Shown one piece after another: positions 1-9,205 of a stretch of DNA of 20,000 nucleotides. The notes under the pieces are model-generated. The model saw only the letters and a list, made by a program, of their open reading frames with translations. It did not search any database and was not told the origin of the DNA. The DNA lies in the IMG/VR virus record IMGVR_UViG_3300042090_002752, one strand, 5' to 3'. The stretch comes from an uncultured virus (IMG/VR IMGVR_UViG_3300042090_002752). Taxonomy: Duplodnaviria; Heunggongvirae; Uroviricota; Caudoviricetes. Position 1 is the stretch's first letter. Each line of letters opens with the position of its first letter. A program made the position numbers and the translations under genes.

Positions 1-1783
1 CCAGGATGTCCTCGGCGCCGCCCCATGTGACGGGAAACGGAAGATCCGACGGCATCCACGGCGCTGGCCGCAGCGCGACGGTATGGAGTGAGAAATCGTC
101 GTAAGCCAACACGTCAGCCCACTCGGGCGACGAGCGCAACGCCGTGATGGCATTCGCCAGCAGGGACTTCACGTTACCGTTGGCAGTGAGCAAAAGCCCA
201 TCACGCCAATTGGCTGATGTTTGCGTAGCCAGTGCGAGCTGCGGCCCCGAGGAGCGTGCGGCGCTCGCCCGCTTAGCGCCGGCCTGCTTCTTGCTGTCAA
301 TCCGGACGATCTTCATCTGCTTACGCAGGGCCGCGATCGGCAGCCGGTCTCTGCCGCATTTCTCCTGGATCTGTTTGAGGAGACGTGGCTGAGCGATGGG
401 ATCCAGCTGGCCCACCTCGGCCAGCAGCGGACCAAGGACACGCACCAGGTCCGAGTCCGGAGTATCGGTGGAGAGCGCCGCGATCGCCATCTCGAGCGGC
501 GTCTGGGCCACGGCGAGAATCTGTTCGAATTCCGCGGCCGTCTTGTCGGAGGCGAAATACTCATTCACGTCGATTTTGGCGTCGGCCAGCAGCGCATCCG
601 CCTCGGCGCTATCGGTAGCCAGCCCGACCAGCCTCTCGCGCGCGGCGCGCTGTTTTTCGCCCAGCGGCAACACTGCCATCCGCGTTGTGATTCCGTTGGC
701 ACCGAGAATGCGCGCCGTCTTCAACGCGCCGTGCATGCCGGCCTCGGAGATCTCGTTGTCCTGGCAGATGAAGACTGTCTTGACGCCAGCGAGCTTGGGC
801 AGCAGCCGTTCCCAATCGGCTTCGCGGATCCGCACGGTCACCGGCGAGACCACCGGGAATCCGTGCTCCATGAGCGAGATGCAATCGGTGACTCCCTCGG
901 TGATGATCACCCGCTCGGGGCGCATCAGCAAAACGTCTTCGTTGTACAGAACGTCGTTCTGAATGCACTGCGCGACCTGTTCGTTATTGCGGTCGTTACG
1001 GACCGGGAGTTTCTTGTACTTCGACTTCTCCCACTCCTGATCGGGCGTCCACGGCGTACGGCGGCCGATCATGAAGACCACATTGCCCCGGCTCCAGTAC
1101 GGGAAGACAATCCGGCCCTCGAAGAAGGGGAACAGCCCGTCCTGTGCGGTCGGCCGGAACGCGGAGGTCGCCGACAGCTCGCGTAGCGTGAAGGCGCCGG
1201 CGCCTTCGGTCAGCGCCCGCACCGGACTGGGATCGTTCTCCGCGAAACCGATCTTCAGCCGCGCGATGGTGTCATCGCCAATGCCGTATTTCGATTTGAA
1301 CCAGGCGAGGACTTCGGCGTTGGCAACCAGCCGCTGATGATAGATCTCGGCCAATGCTGCCAGAGCTTCGCGCACGCGCCAGGTGAGCCGGTGCTCTTCT
1401 TCCGCCGCGGCGATCTCCTCCGGGGACCGGCCGAGTTGCGCCAGGGGCGGCAAGCCCACGTGGGTCGCGAGAAAATCGCGGGCCTCGCGGTGCGATTTCG
1501 GCATGACGCCGGACTGGCCGCGCGTCACCGTGCCAGCCTGCACAAATTCGACGAGTTGCAACACGTCGCCGCCGACACCACATCCGAAGCAATACCAGCC
1601 CTGCTTGTCGAGCATGACCTGCAGCGAGCGGTGCGACTGGCTGCGGTGGTTCGGACAATCACAGAACAGGGTCGAGCCCGATTCCTGTGTGACGCGCCCG
1701 CCGAGCATTTCTCGGGCCAGGGCGCCGATATCCAGATCGGTGATCTGCCGGTAATAAGTTTGAACGTCTGCTGGTGTACTCAC
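1..1783 (-). CDS. DnaG-type primase (CHC2 zinc finger + TOPRIM), probably fused to a VirE/VapE-type helicase region; 3' partial, >=594 aa
   Basis: Not in the ORF track. I translated it by hand: GTG at 1783 overlaps the recD2 TGA (GTGA) and there is no stop down to position 2. Motifs: CDCPNH...WYCFGCG (zinc finger), FEGRIVFPYW...VFMIGRR, IITEGVTD and ICQDNE (TOPRIM), KIDVNEYF. The last part, LANAITALRSSPEWADVLAYDDF...PAPW, resembles a VapE N-terminal region. Confidence 0.9.
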   Translation of the reverse strand, partial: MSTPADVQTYYRQITDLDIGALAREMLGGRVTQESGSTLFCDCPNHRSQSHRSLQVMLDKQGWYCFGCGVGGDVLQLVEFVQAGTVTRGQSGVMPKSHREARDFLATHVGLPPLAQLGRSPEEIAAAEEEHRLTWRVREALAALAEIYHQRLVANAEVLAWFKSKYGIGDDTIARLKIGFAENDPSPVRALTEGAGAFTLRELSATSAFRPTAQDGLFPFFEGRIVFPYWSRGNVVFMIGRRTPWTPDQEWEKSKYKKLPVRNDRNNEQVAQCIQNDVLYNEDVLLMRPERVIITEGVTDCISLMEHGFPVVSPVTVRIREADWERLLPKLAGVKTVFICQDNEISEAGMHGALKTARILGANGITTRMAVLPLGEKQRAARERLVGLATDSAEADALLADAKIDVNEYFASDKTAAEFEQILAVAQTPLEMAIAALSTDTPDSDLVRVLGPLLAEVGQLDPIAQPRLLKQIQEKCGRDRLPIAALRKQMKIVRIDSKKQAGAKRASAARSSGPQLALATQTSANWRDGLLLTANGNVKSLLANAITALRSSPEWADVLAYDDFSLHTVALRPAPWMPSDLPFPVTWGGAEDIL

Positions 1784-3969
1784 GCACGGTCCTCCGGAAG
1801 TAAAAAAGAGAGAAAAGTATTGCGGCGGTCGACTTGGCGCTTGGTGGCGCAATTGGCGATGCCCCAGCGATCGCCCAGGACGATCACCGACTCCTTAGCG
1901 CGCGTCACCGCGGTGTAGAGCAGGTTGCGGTGATGCATGAACGAGTGCGATTTGTGGGCGATGACAATGGCGCAGGGGAACTCCGATCCCTGCTGCTTGT
2001 GGATCGAGGTGGCGTACGCCAGTTGCACGTTGTTTACGGCCTCGGTGGCTGCGTCGATCTTGACAGGCCGTCCCTCGAAGTCGATGGCCAGACTACCGTC
2101 ATCACCGGCGGCGGCAACGATGCCCATGGCGCCGTTCATCACGTCCAGGTCGTAGTCGTTCTTGGTCTGGATCACCTTGTCGCCGGCGTAGAGACGTGGC
2201 CGCCGCCCCGGCTCCGCATCGGCTACCGTCACCCCGTTGAGCTTGCGCTGCAGGAGCCGCTGCAATTCAATGTTCAGCTCAGCCGTACCCAGGGGCCCCT
2301 TGTGGATGGGCGTCAAAACCTGCACGTCCCGCAGCAGGTCGTAGCCCAGGCGCTCGTGCAGGATTTCATCAAACAAGAGCAGCAGCATGCGGCGGACATC
2401 GAGGCTGTCGGTAAAATTGTCGATCACATACCAGGGGCGCCGCGCTCCGAGAAGTACCTCCGCGGTCGGCCGCACTTCGCCATCGAGAATCGCTGTGGAG
2501 TTCTCTTTCAGAACGCCGGCCTGGCGGATGATTCGGGTGAGCACCGTCGTGGGAATTGCGCGGGACTGCACCAGGTCGCGCAGCAGATTGCCCGGGCCCA
2601 CCGGCGGCAACTGATTGTGGTCACCAACCAGGATCACGGCCGTGCGATGGCGGTCGATAGCTTGAAACAGCTGCCAGGCAAGCGGGATATCGGTCATGGA
2701 AACTTCATCGACAACCAGGATGTCGGCCTCGATCGGGTTGAGTGCATCGCGTGAGTAAGTGCGGCCGTTGTAGCCGAGCAGACGATGGATCGTGCCGGCC
2801 TCATGACCGACCACTTCCTCCATCCGCTTCGCCGCTTTGCCCGTGGGCGCGGCGAGCACGACTTCCAACTCCAGATGCTCGGCAATGCTGGTGATGGCCG
2901 AGACGGCGTAGGTCTTGCCACTTCCGGCGCCGCCTGTCATGAGCGAGATGGAGTAGCAGAATGCATTGCGTACGGCGGCCCGCTGGTCGGGGTTCAGCGT
3001 GCCGGCCTCGGCGTCGAGCAGCGCTTCGACATTGGCGACCGCGTGCGGATTGGGATGCGTGGCTTCGCGCAGGATTTCCGCAAGCTCGGTCTCCATCCGA
3101 TAGATCTCGGGATCGGCGACAACGAGCTGGGCGAAGGGCAGCGAGACCAGTTGCGCCTCGGCGATCAGAGCTTCCAGATGGCCTTCGATCACCTCGCGGC
3201 AGTCGAGGCTGTCCATCACCAGCAGCGTGTTGGCGCGGTCGAGGAGTTCTTCGTACTCCACCCAGCAATCGCCGTCGTCGAGCGCCTCAGCAACGCAGAA
3301 CATCAGGCCGGCGCGGATCCGGGATGGGAGATCCTTGGGCGTGCCCATCTTGCGCGCGATCTTGTCGACCCGTTTGAAACCGAAGCCGCGGATCTCGCGA
3401 ACGAGCACGTAAGGATCCCGCTGCAACATGGGCACGACCTGGCTGCCAAAGCGTTCCACCAGTGTCGTCACCTGGTGATGCGTCAGAGCGAAGCGCGAGA
3501 GATAGGTCATTGCGGCATTGAAGTTGGCGTTCCCGATCCAGACTCGCTGCAGGGTGAGGGCGGCCTCGGCGGGAATCTTTGCGACAGAAGCCACGGCTTC
3601 CGGCCTTGTCCGGATCACCGCATCAAAATGAGTGCCGAACTCATCGGCGATCGCCCGGGCCTTGGCTGGACCGATGCCTTTCACGTCGGGATGGTTTGCC
3701 AGGAAATTTGCCAGACCATCGGTGTCCATTTCCAGGTCATAGCCAAGACTTTCCGCCACAAACTGCAGGCCGTACTTCGGATGCTTTGCCCAGTGTCCTT
3801 CCAGCACGACGGATTCGCCCTCGCGCACGAAGATCTTGCCGGCGAAAGTGGCAAGCACTCCGTCCGGAGTGCGCAGTTTCCCGGCACTGAATGTCGCGCC
3901 GGAATAGAACACGATCTCCACGATGCCGCGGAGGCTCGTTTGAACCTCCGCGACCAATGCATTCGTCAT
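1780..3969 (-). CDS. recD2: RecD2-like SF1B ATP-dependent DNA helicase (729 aa)
   Basis: N-terminal W..HPKYG.QF, HhH KGIG, GFGFKRVD, Walker A GGAGSGKT, DEVSM, GDHNQLPPV, IHKQQGSEF, LLYTAVTRAK. Start moved from 4167 to the ATG at 3969 (ATGA overlap with the upstream stop, GGAG RBS). Confidence 0.95.
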   Translation of the reverse strand: MTNALVAEVQTSLRGIVEIVFYSGATFSAGKLRTPDGVLATFAGKIFVREGESVVLEGHWAKHPKYGLQFVAESLGYDLEMDTDGLANFLANHPDVKGIGPAKARAIADEFGTHFDAVIRTRPEAVASVAKIPAEAALTLQRVWIGNANFNAAMTYLSRFALTHHQVTTLVERFGSQVVPMLQRDPYVLVREIRGFGFKRVDKIARKMGTPKDLPSRIRAGLMFCVAEALDDGDCWVEYEELLDRANTLLVMDSLDCREVIEGHLEALIAEAQLVSLPFAQLVVADPEIYRMETELAEILREATHPNPHAVANVEALLDAEAGTLNPDQRAAVRNAFCYSISLMTGGAGSGKTYAVSAITSIAEHLELEVVLAAPTGKAAKRMEEVVGHEAGTIHRLLGYNGRTYSRDALNPIEADILVVDEVSMTDIPLAWQLFQAIDRHRTAVILVGDHNQLPPVGPGNLLRDLVQSRAIPTTVLTRIIRQAGVLKENSTAILDGEVRPTAEVLLGARRPWYVIDNFTDSLDVRRMLLLLFDEILHERLGYDLLRDVQVLTPIHKGPLGTAELNIELQRLLQRKLNGVTVADAEPGRRPRLYAGDKVIQTKNDYDLDVMNGAMGIVAAAGDDGSLAIDFEGRPVKIDAATEAVNNVQLAYATSIHKQQGSEFPCAIVIAHKSHSFMHHRNLLYTAVTRAKESVIVLGDRWGIANCATKRQVDRRNTFLSFLLPEDRA

Positions 3970-4415
3970 TCGCTCCACCTCTTGTGCGCCGCCAGGAGAT
4001 ACGCCTGCACGAAGTGGCAGGCAGCCTGGCGGCTGGAACAGAAAAATACCGGGATCCGAAAGTCGAGGATGATGGCGAGCGCGCTGCCGAGTACCGCGCT
4101 TGGGTGCGCCTCGCCGCGATAGCGCCGCTGCAGGACATCGATGAGGCCGGCCTCCACCACCACGCACGCCGCCCGGTACTCGGCGAGCTTCCGCAATTCC
4201 CGGTAAAAGCGCTCGCGGGAATGAATGACGGTGGAGACGAAATCGTCGAGACTCTTCCGCTCCACCGCCACCACCCCCTCGAGGCCCGCCACAGAGTAAT
4301 CCCCGGCCGGCAACGCGCGACGCTCGCTGCCGGCCAATTGGGGATCGAAGGAGTAAGGTTCCTGCTCGCGCGTGTCGGTGATGATTGTTGCGGGTCCCGG
4401 ATTAGAACGGGACAA
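3966..4415 (-). CDS. ERCC4/XPF-Mus81-family structure-specific endonuclease (stand-alone domain)
   Basis: DTREQ...LPAGDY...VERKSLDDF catalytic signature; 149 aa; TTG start overlapping the upstream gene end. Confidence 0.9.
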   Translation of the reverse strand: MSRSNPGPATIITDTREQEPYSFDPQLAGSERRALPAGDYSVAGLEGVVAVERKSLDDFVSTVIHSRERFYRELRKLAEYRAACVVVEAGLIDVLQRRYRGEAHPSAVLGSALAIILDFRIPVFFCSSRQAACHFVQAYLLAAHKRWSE

Positions 4416-4860
4416 GAGCGTCGCCGGCCTCCTGCCGGAAGCTGCCAGGCGCGCGGTCGTTGTCGATACAGCGATTGAAGAAGATGTTTTCGTTGTCGCC
4501 CTTGGTCTTCTTCGTGACCTCGAGCTTCACGTCGAGCAGGCGCCGGAGATGATTCGGCAGCTCCGACAGCCGCTCGAGATCCAGGCCGCAGATGTGCAGG
4601 TCGCCCTTCAAGTACTTGAGGGTCTTCTGCGTGATGACGCTGTTGCGCCACATCAGCCGGTTCACGTGTTGCGGCGCGATGACGCGCAGCGTCCACTTCA
4701 GCATCGGGTTGCCCGAGGTGTGCGCTTCGGTCAGTTCGACCTTCTCGACGTTCACCTGATACTTGCCGTCGGGCACGCTGTCGTAGTCACTGCGCTCGGC
4801 GGCTTCCTCCGAGCGAAAGCCCGCGTCGAATTGAGACAGGTCAATTGGTTTGTTACTCAT
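4402..4860 (-). CDS. DUF669-family phage-type single-stranded DNA-binding protein
   Basis: YDSVPDGKYQVNVEKVEL...SGNPMLKWTLRV pattern, C-terminal ...DALVPF tail like SSB tails, position directly after an AAA_24 ATPase, AGGAG RBS. Confidence 0.8.
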   Translation of the reverse strand: MSNKPIDLSQFDAGFRSEEAAERSDYDSVPDGKYQVNVEKVELTEAHTSGNPMLKWTLRVIAPQHVNRLMWRNSVITQKTLKYLKGDLHICGLDLERLSELPNHLRRLLDVKLEVTKKTKGDNENIFFNRCIDNDRAPGSFRQEAGDALVPF

Positions 4861-4882
4861 GCTGGTTACTCCTGTTGAGAAT

Positions 4883-5635
4883 TCACTTCGCCGCAGACGC
4901 TCGGGTGGTTTGCGGCTTCAATGGCGTGACCGCCGTATTGAAGGCTTCGAAAAACTTGGCAAAGTCGAGGTCGAGTGTTTCCGGCAACCGCCCGGTCCGG
5001 TCGCCGGCCTCGTAGTCGCGGCTCGGCTTGGTGCGGATGACGCGCCTCATCCTCTGTTCGCCGCCGTCGCCAACGCTGGTTTCCAAATCACAGTACAAAA
5101 CCATGTCGACCATGCCGAGCACGATCTTGCGGGCTTTGTCGGGCAGGGTCGGTACGATCCGCGTGTACTTGCCGGTGCGCGTCTCCACTTCGATTTGCTT
5201 CGCGTGGGAGACCAGGAAGAGCCCGTAGGGCAGGAACGCCAGCTTCGTCAGGACACGCTGGAATTCGTTGTTGACGATGGCGTAACCCTTGCCGTAGCCG
5301 AGGTCCGACTCGTGTTCGATCTTGAACTTCTTGAGGATGTAGTCGGTGCAGAACTTGTAGGCATTGTCGACGGTGTCGATGATCACCGTCTTGAAGGGAT
5401 GCTGGCCGGCGACGATCTCGGCGCAGGCATCGAGCAGTTCATCCCAGGTCTGGATCGGCACCTGGAAAACGTCGAGCGCATTCAAGCCGGGCTCGGTGGC
5501 CAGGAATAATGCGCCGTCTGCATGGGAGCAGAAATCCGACTTCCCGATCTTCGTCTGCCCGTAAGCGAGCACGGTCAGATCAGCGAGGTTCGGTTTGGGC
5601 GCGGTCTTAGCAGTTGGTAATGATAATGATGGCAT
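4883..5635 (-). CDS. AAA_24 / Sak4-like phage recombination ATPase
   Basis: Walker A YGQTKIGKS, FLATEPG, Walker B TVIIDT, GYGKGY and LVSHAK motifs; sits between a PD-(D/E)XK nuclease and DUF669; AAGGAG RBS. Confidence 0.85.
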   Translation of the reverse strand: MPSLSLPTAKTAPKPNLADLTVLAYGQTKIGKSDFCSHADGALFLATEPGLNALDVFQVPIQTWDELLDACAEIVAGQHPFKTVIIDTVDNAYKFCTDYILKKFKIEHESDLGYGKGYAIVNNEFQRVLTKLAFLPYGLFLVSHAKQIEVETRTGKYTRIVPTLPDKARKIVLGMVDMVLYCDLETSVGDGGEQRMRRVIRTKPSRDYEAGDRTGRLPETLDLDFAKFFEAFNTAVTPLKPQTTRASAAK

Positions 5636-5650
5636 TTCGATGGATCTCCT

Positions 5651-6697
5651 TTAGAAGGCCGGTTCGTTCGTTGTTGCGGGCAATACGCGCAGTTCCTCGT
5701 TGGGCGCCACGCGCTGGTAGAAGTTGTCGCGGACGTTGGGATTGCCGCCCGAGCGGCACAGCGCGAAGTAGGCGCAAGGCCGCTGGTAGTTGAAGCAGAA
5801 CGCGGTGTTCTGGTAGAAGACGCCGCGCCGGCGCGCGTCGAGGAAGGCCTGCGTCAGCTCCCACAATTCGCTGCGCAGGATGTCGAAGCGGTCCCGCGAG
5901 AGATAGAGCATCTCGCGGTGGAACATGAGCGGATCGGCGTACTTCTCCGCCAGGCGTTGCTGGAACTCCTCATCGGATTCAGGCAGCTTGCGCTTCGCCG
6001 TCGTCTTACCCGTCTTCGATTTCGCCAGTAGCTCGGCGCGCCGCTCCTGGTACTCGTCTTCGGTCTCACCCTTGCTCTGTTGCAGGCGGGCCTTCACCAG
6101 GACGTTGTAGAGGATGCCGGTGATGGGGATGCCGAGGGTCTGCTCGATATAATGCGCGTACAGCGTGATCTGGAAATCGGTCCAGAGCTTCTCCAGGTAG
6201 TCGGCATCCAGCTGCGCTGCCGTTTTGTGTTCCAGCACGAAGTACTCGCCGCCGATGCGCACGATGCCGTCGATCTTGCCGGCCAGCACAAAGCTGCGGG
6301 ATGCCGCCCCAGTCGCCGGATTGAGGATCGGGCCTTCGAACGTTTTCTCCAGCGCGACAATCTCGAACTCTTCCGTGGGATAGCGCTCGGCGTAGCCGCG
6401 CATCATCGCCGTGGCATTGAGCCAATCGCGCTTCTGGTCTTCGTCCTGCCCCCGGTTGGGGCAAAGCCGGTCGATCCGGTCGAGCACCTTCGCGAGATCG
6501 CGTTCGCCGTGCCAGAGTTCAAGGCACTCGTGGATCAACGAGCCGAAGTGCAGGTTATGGTCGCGCAGAAGCGGTACGAGCTGTTCGATGTAGCGCCAGT
6601 CCACCGCCTTACGGCAGCTCCGGAACAGCGCCCACATCGAGTAGGTGGACACCATCGGCGCGGTCCGGACAGGTTGCTGTCCACATTCGTGGGTCAT
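5651..6697 (-). CDS. PD-(D/E)XK RecB/Cas4-like exonuclease with probable Fe-S cluster (348 aa)
   Basis: FGSLIHECLE, GKIDG...LEHKT and QITLY (RecB-type QxxxY); one N-terminal Cys (SCRK) plus C-terminal C-x6-C-x5-C. Start moved from 6847 to the ATG at 6697 (GGAG RBS, avoids overlap with the upstream gene). Confidence 0.88.
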   Translation of the reverse strand: MTHECGQQPVRTAPMVSTYSMWALFRSCRKAVDWRYIEQLVPLLRDHNLHFGSLIHECLELWHGERDLAKVLDRIDRLCPNRGQDEDQKRDWLNATAMMRGYAERYPTEEFEIVALEKTFEGPILNPATGAASRSFVLAGKIDGIVRIGGEYFVLEHKTAAQLDADYLEKLWTDFQITLYAHYIEQTLGIPITGILYNVLVKARLQQSKGETEDEYQERRAELLAKSKTGKTTAKRKLPESDEEFQQRLAEKYADPLMFHREMLYLSRDRFDILRSELWELTQAFLDARRRGVFYQNTAFCFNYQRPCAYFALCRSGGNPNVRDNFYQRVAPNEELRVLPATTNEPAF

Positions 6698-6723
6698 AGT
6701 AGTTCGCTCCCAGACGCTTGCTC

Positions 6724-7764
6724 TTACACTTCGCGGCGGGTGCCACCCTGGTAGGGATCGGGTGGGACCAGCCGCCGCGTCCGTTTGCCCGAATTGATGT
6801 GATCCACGATGAGACGGGTGAGCAGCCCGATGCTCGCCCCGCTGCACGCGATCGCTCGGACGTTCGGGTCGTTCAGTGCGAACTGGCCGATCTTCTTCTG
6901 CATGTCACGGTCGATGCGGAGGCTCTTGCCGGACCAGAACGTCGGATACTCGGAGATCACGTCGGCGAGCGCGGACAGGAAGCCCATCTTCAGGTGGGTG
7001 GCCCGATCCTTGTAGAGAATCCCGCGCACACCCCAACTGCTGTCCAGCAACTCGAAGAAGGTTTTGATGTTGTCGATCATCGTGGCGGAGCCCACGTTGG
7101 CCATCATGGGCGGCAGCGCCTGCCAAATCGCGGGTAGCGTGACGTACCGTCCCGCCCCGAATTTGGAATGGAGCCGCATCACCGTCTTCAGGAAAGACAG
7201 TGCCGTCATCAATTCCTCGCGCCGCATGTATTGCGACCACGAGACACGCTGGTAAAGCACGAACGATTCGTCGCGGCAGAGATCACGCAGGCGGCCGAGC
7301 GACGGACACTGCGCGGCGCGATTGCGAATCAGGACATTCGGGGAGAGCCGCGTTCTGCGCATGTTCAGGATGTCAAAACGCTCTCGTTCCCATTCCTCGC
7401 TCGTCGCAAAGTGGATCATCGCCCCGACCAGTGGCTTGCCGCCGTCAAGCATGAACTGTTTGGCGGCGCTGATGCGCTGGAGGCCGTCGATGATGTACAC
7501 CTCGCCGCTGATCGTGTATGTTCCGTCGGCATCGGTGCATCCGTAGCGTTCGCCACGGACCGCGAGCTCCACATCGGGCACGCGCCCCGAACTGCCGCGG
7601 AATGCCTCCATCAACTCCTGGATCTTGGCTTTCCGTAACGTCTCGCGCTGGTAGGCCGGCTTGAGCAAACCGCCCAGCGACACGGGGTCGATCACCCCGC
7701 GCAATACAATCTGGCCGTCCGTTAATTCGTCCAGCGCACCGGACAGAACTCTTAGTTGCGTCAC
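6724..7764 (-). CDS. ParB/Srx-fold protein of the DGQHR/DndB/DUF262-like group (DGLQR variant)
   Basis: YQR...IIDGLQRI...ERFDILN motif series; GTG start overlapping the upstream TGA; AGGAGG RBS. Confidence 0.7.
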   Translation of the reverse strand: MTQLRVLSGALDELTDGQIVLRGVIDPVSLGGLLKPAYQRETLRKAKIQELMEAFRGSSGRVPDVELAVRGERYGCTDADGTYTISGEVYIIDGLQRISAAKQFMLDGGKPLVGAMIHFATSEEWERERFDILNMRRTRLSPNVLIRNRAAQCPSLGRLRDLCRDESFVLYQRVSWSQYMRREELMTALSFLKTVMRLHSKFGAGRYVTLPAIWQALPPMMANVGSATMIDNIKTFFELLDSSWGVRGILYKDRATHLKMGFLSALADVISEYPTFWSGKSLRIDRDMQKKIGQFALNDPNVRAIACSGASIGLLTRLIVDHINSGKRTRRLVPPDPYQGGTRREV

Positions 7765-8666
7765 TTTAATTCCTCCTGAATTTCCAACCTGGATGCGTTT
7801 AGCGGATCGGCGGCAAGTGCCTTCCGCTCGATTTCCGTGCTCGCCGCGGCGATGGCGTCGGTGGCTTTCCGCAGCAGCAGTTCCGCCTCGTCAAATTCGC
7901 CGACGGCTTCACCCAGCCAGCCGACCAGATGGGCGAGGTGTTTCGTGGCTTCGATGAACGTGAGAGTCGATCGGGTTAGTCGGTCGATCCGTTGCGCCCG
8001 GGTTGCCCGGCCGGACACTGGCAGAGCCTGCTCCGCCAAGTCCGTAGCGTCACTTGCTGCAACCGGTGGAGGAGAATCGGTCTGATGTGCTTGCGGCGTG
8101 TTTGGAGCACGCCGGAATCTCGTCGGGACTGAGGTCGATTTCGTGGCCCGCACGGCAGTGCCGATGTTGCTGACTTCGGTAGTGCGACCGTCCAGTCCCG
8201 TGCGTGTGGACGACTGCGGAATTTCCGCAGTCAGCCGCTCCCGCCAACCGCGCACCGTGCCTTCGTCGACACCGACGTGTGCAGCGATCCGGCGATTGCT
8301 CAATTGCACACCGTTCGAATGCAAGAGCGCCGCCTTTACTGCACGCTGCTTATCCTCGTTCGTGCGCCGGAGCCCCGTGGCCTTATTCGCGCCGAAGCTG
8401 TACCACTGGGCGTCTTGCTGCGTCCCCTGGCGCAGATCACAAGCGATGTTCTCCACACCGGATTGCTCCGCGGCTTTCACCCGGTGGAATCCATCAGCGA
8501 GCCAATAATTGGCGCCGTCGTAGAACACGACCACGGGTGGAAAGATCGCCCCGCCAGCCATCGCGGCCATATAATCAACGACCGCTTCAAAGTCGATCGT
8601 GGCGCGCGGTTGGGTACCTCCATCCAGACGGATGTTGCTGATCGGGAGGCTCTCTCCTTGTTTCAC
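7761..8666 (-). CDS. ParB-like N-terminal domain protein with HTH
   Basis: QPR...FPPVVVF...LADGFHRVKA (ParB/Srx GxxR motif), AN..GLRR, HTH LSNRRIAAHVGVDEGTVRGWR, low-complexity linker and helical C-terminus; GTGA coupling. Confidence 0.85.
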   Translation of the reverse strand: MKQGESLPISNIRLDGGTQPRATIDFEAVVDYMAAMAGGAIFPPVVVFYDGANYWLADGFHRVKAAEQSGVENIACDLRQGTQQDAQWYSFGANKATGLRRTNEDKQRAVKAALLHSNGVQLSNRRIAAHVGVDEGTVRGWRERLTAEIPQSSTRTGLDGRTTEVSNIGTAVRATKSTSVPTRFRRAPNTPQAHQTDSPPPVAASDATDLAEQALPVSGRATRAQRIDRLTRSTLTFIEATKHLAHLVGWLGEAVGEFDEAELLLRKATDAIAAASTEIERKALAADPLNASRLEIQEELK

Positions 8667-9205
8667 TGGGCACCTCCGGCAACGAAGTAGTTGGGACCAA
8701 TTCCGGCCGCCAGGAAGGCCTTGCGGATGTGGGCAATGTGCTCGTACACAACCGACCTAGCTGTGCCGAGAGTCTCGCTCGCCTCAGTCGGGGAACCGCA
8801 TCGCAATGCCCGCACCGTCTTCCGCAAATGTGCCGGCAGAGTCCTCACGACTTTGCCCACGTCGAGCCAGAACTCGGCGCAATCGGCCGAGGATGGCGCG
8901 GTGTCCTGGGCTAGGTCGGCAATGGCGTCGCCGTCAATCAGATCGGGACGTCCCAGCTGCAGGCGGCACCGAGCCAAGCGGTAGCGCAAGATCGCTGCGA
9001 TCTCCCGGTCCATCACGCGGCAAATGAAGGTGCGCTTTGAGGCGCGATCGGCGTCAAAGTTGCGCATCTGTGAGCAGACGGCCAGCAAGAGCTGAGATTC
9101 GACGTCTTCCCGGTCATCCGCAGTCAGCCCGCACTGCCCGATGACGGCTTTTGCCCTGAGACGTGCCAGGCTGCGCACAGCTTGGATGGCGGAGTCATTC
9201 ATCAT
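8663..9205 (-). CDS. ECF/sigma-70-like RNA polymerase sigma factor (element-encoded)
   Basis: Region 2-like DREDVESQLLL...FDADRASKRTFICRV and region 4-like LPAHLRK...EASETLGTARSVVYEHIAHIR; 180 aa; ATGA coupling. Confidence 0.8.
   Translation of the reverse strand: MMNDSAIQAVRSLARLRAKAVIGQCGLTADDREDVESQLLLAVCSQMRNFDADRASKRTFICRVMDREIAAILRYRLARCRLQLGRPDLIDGDAIADLAQDTAPSSADCAEFWLDVGKVVRTLPAHLRKTVRALRCGSPTEASETLGTARSVVYEHIAHIRKAFLAAGIGPNYFVAGGAQ

Noticed and set aside
221..4122. Long plus-strand ORFs (221-1186, 1337-1918, 1834-2754, 2785-4122)
   Set aside because: Antisense shadows of the primase and recD2 genes, expected in high-GC DNA; no recognisable motifs.
3737..4696. 319-aa alternative-frame minus-strand ORF across DUF669, ERCC4 and recD2
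   Set aside because: Arg/Ser/Pro-rich off-frame composition; overlaps three well-supported genes.
5651..6697. Cas4-like nuclease as evidence of a CRISPR-Cas system
   Set aside because: I saw no repeat-spacer array and no other cas genes; the context is a phage-type recombination module.
6724..7764. DGQHR-like gene as part of a phosphorothioation (dnd) system
   Set aside because: No dndACDE or ssp genes in the window, and the gene is embedded in the replication operon.
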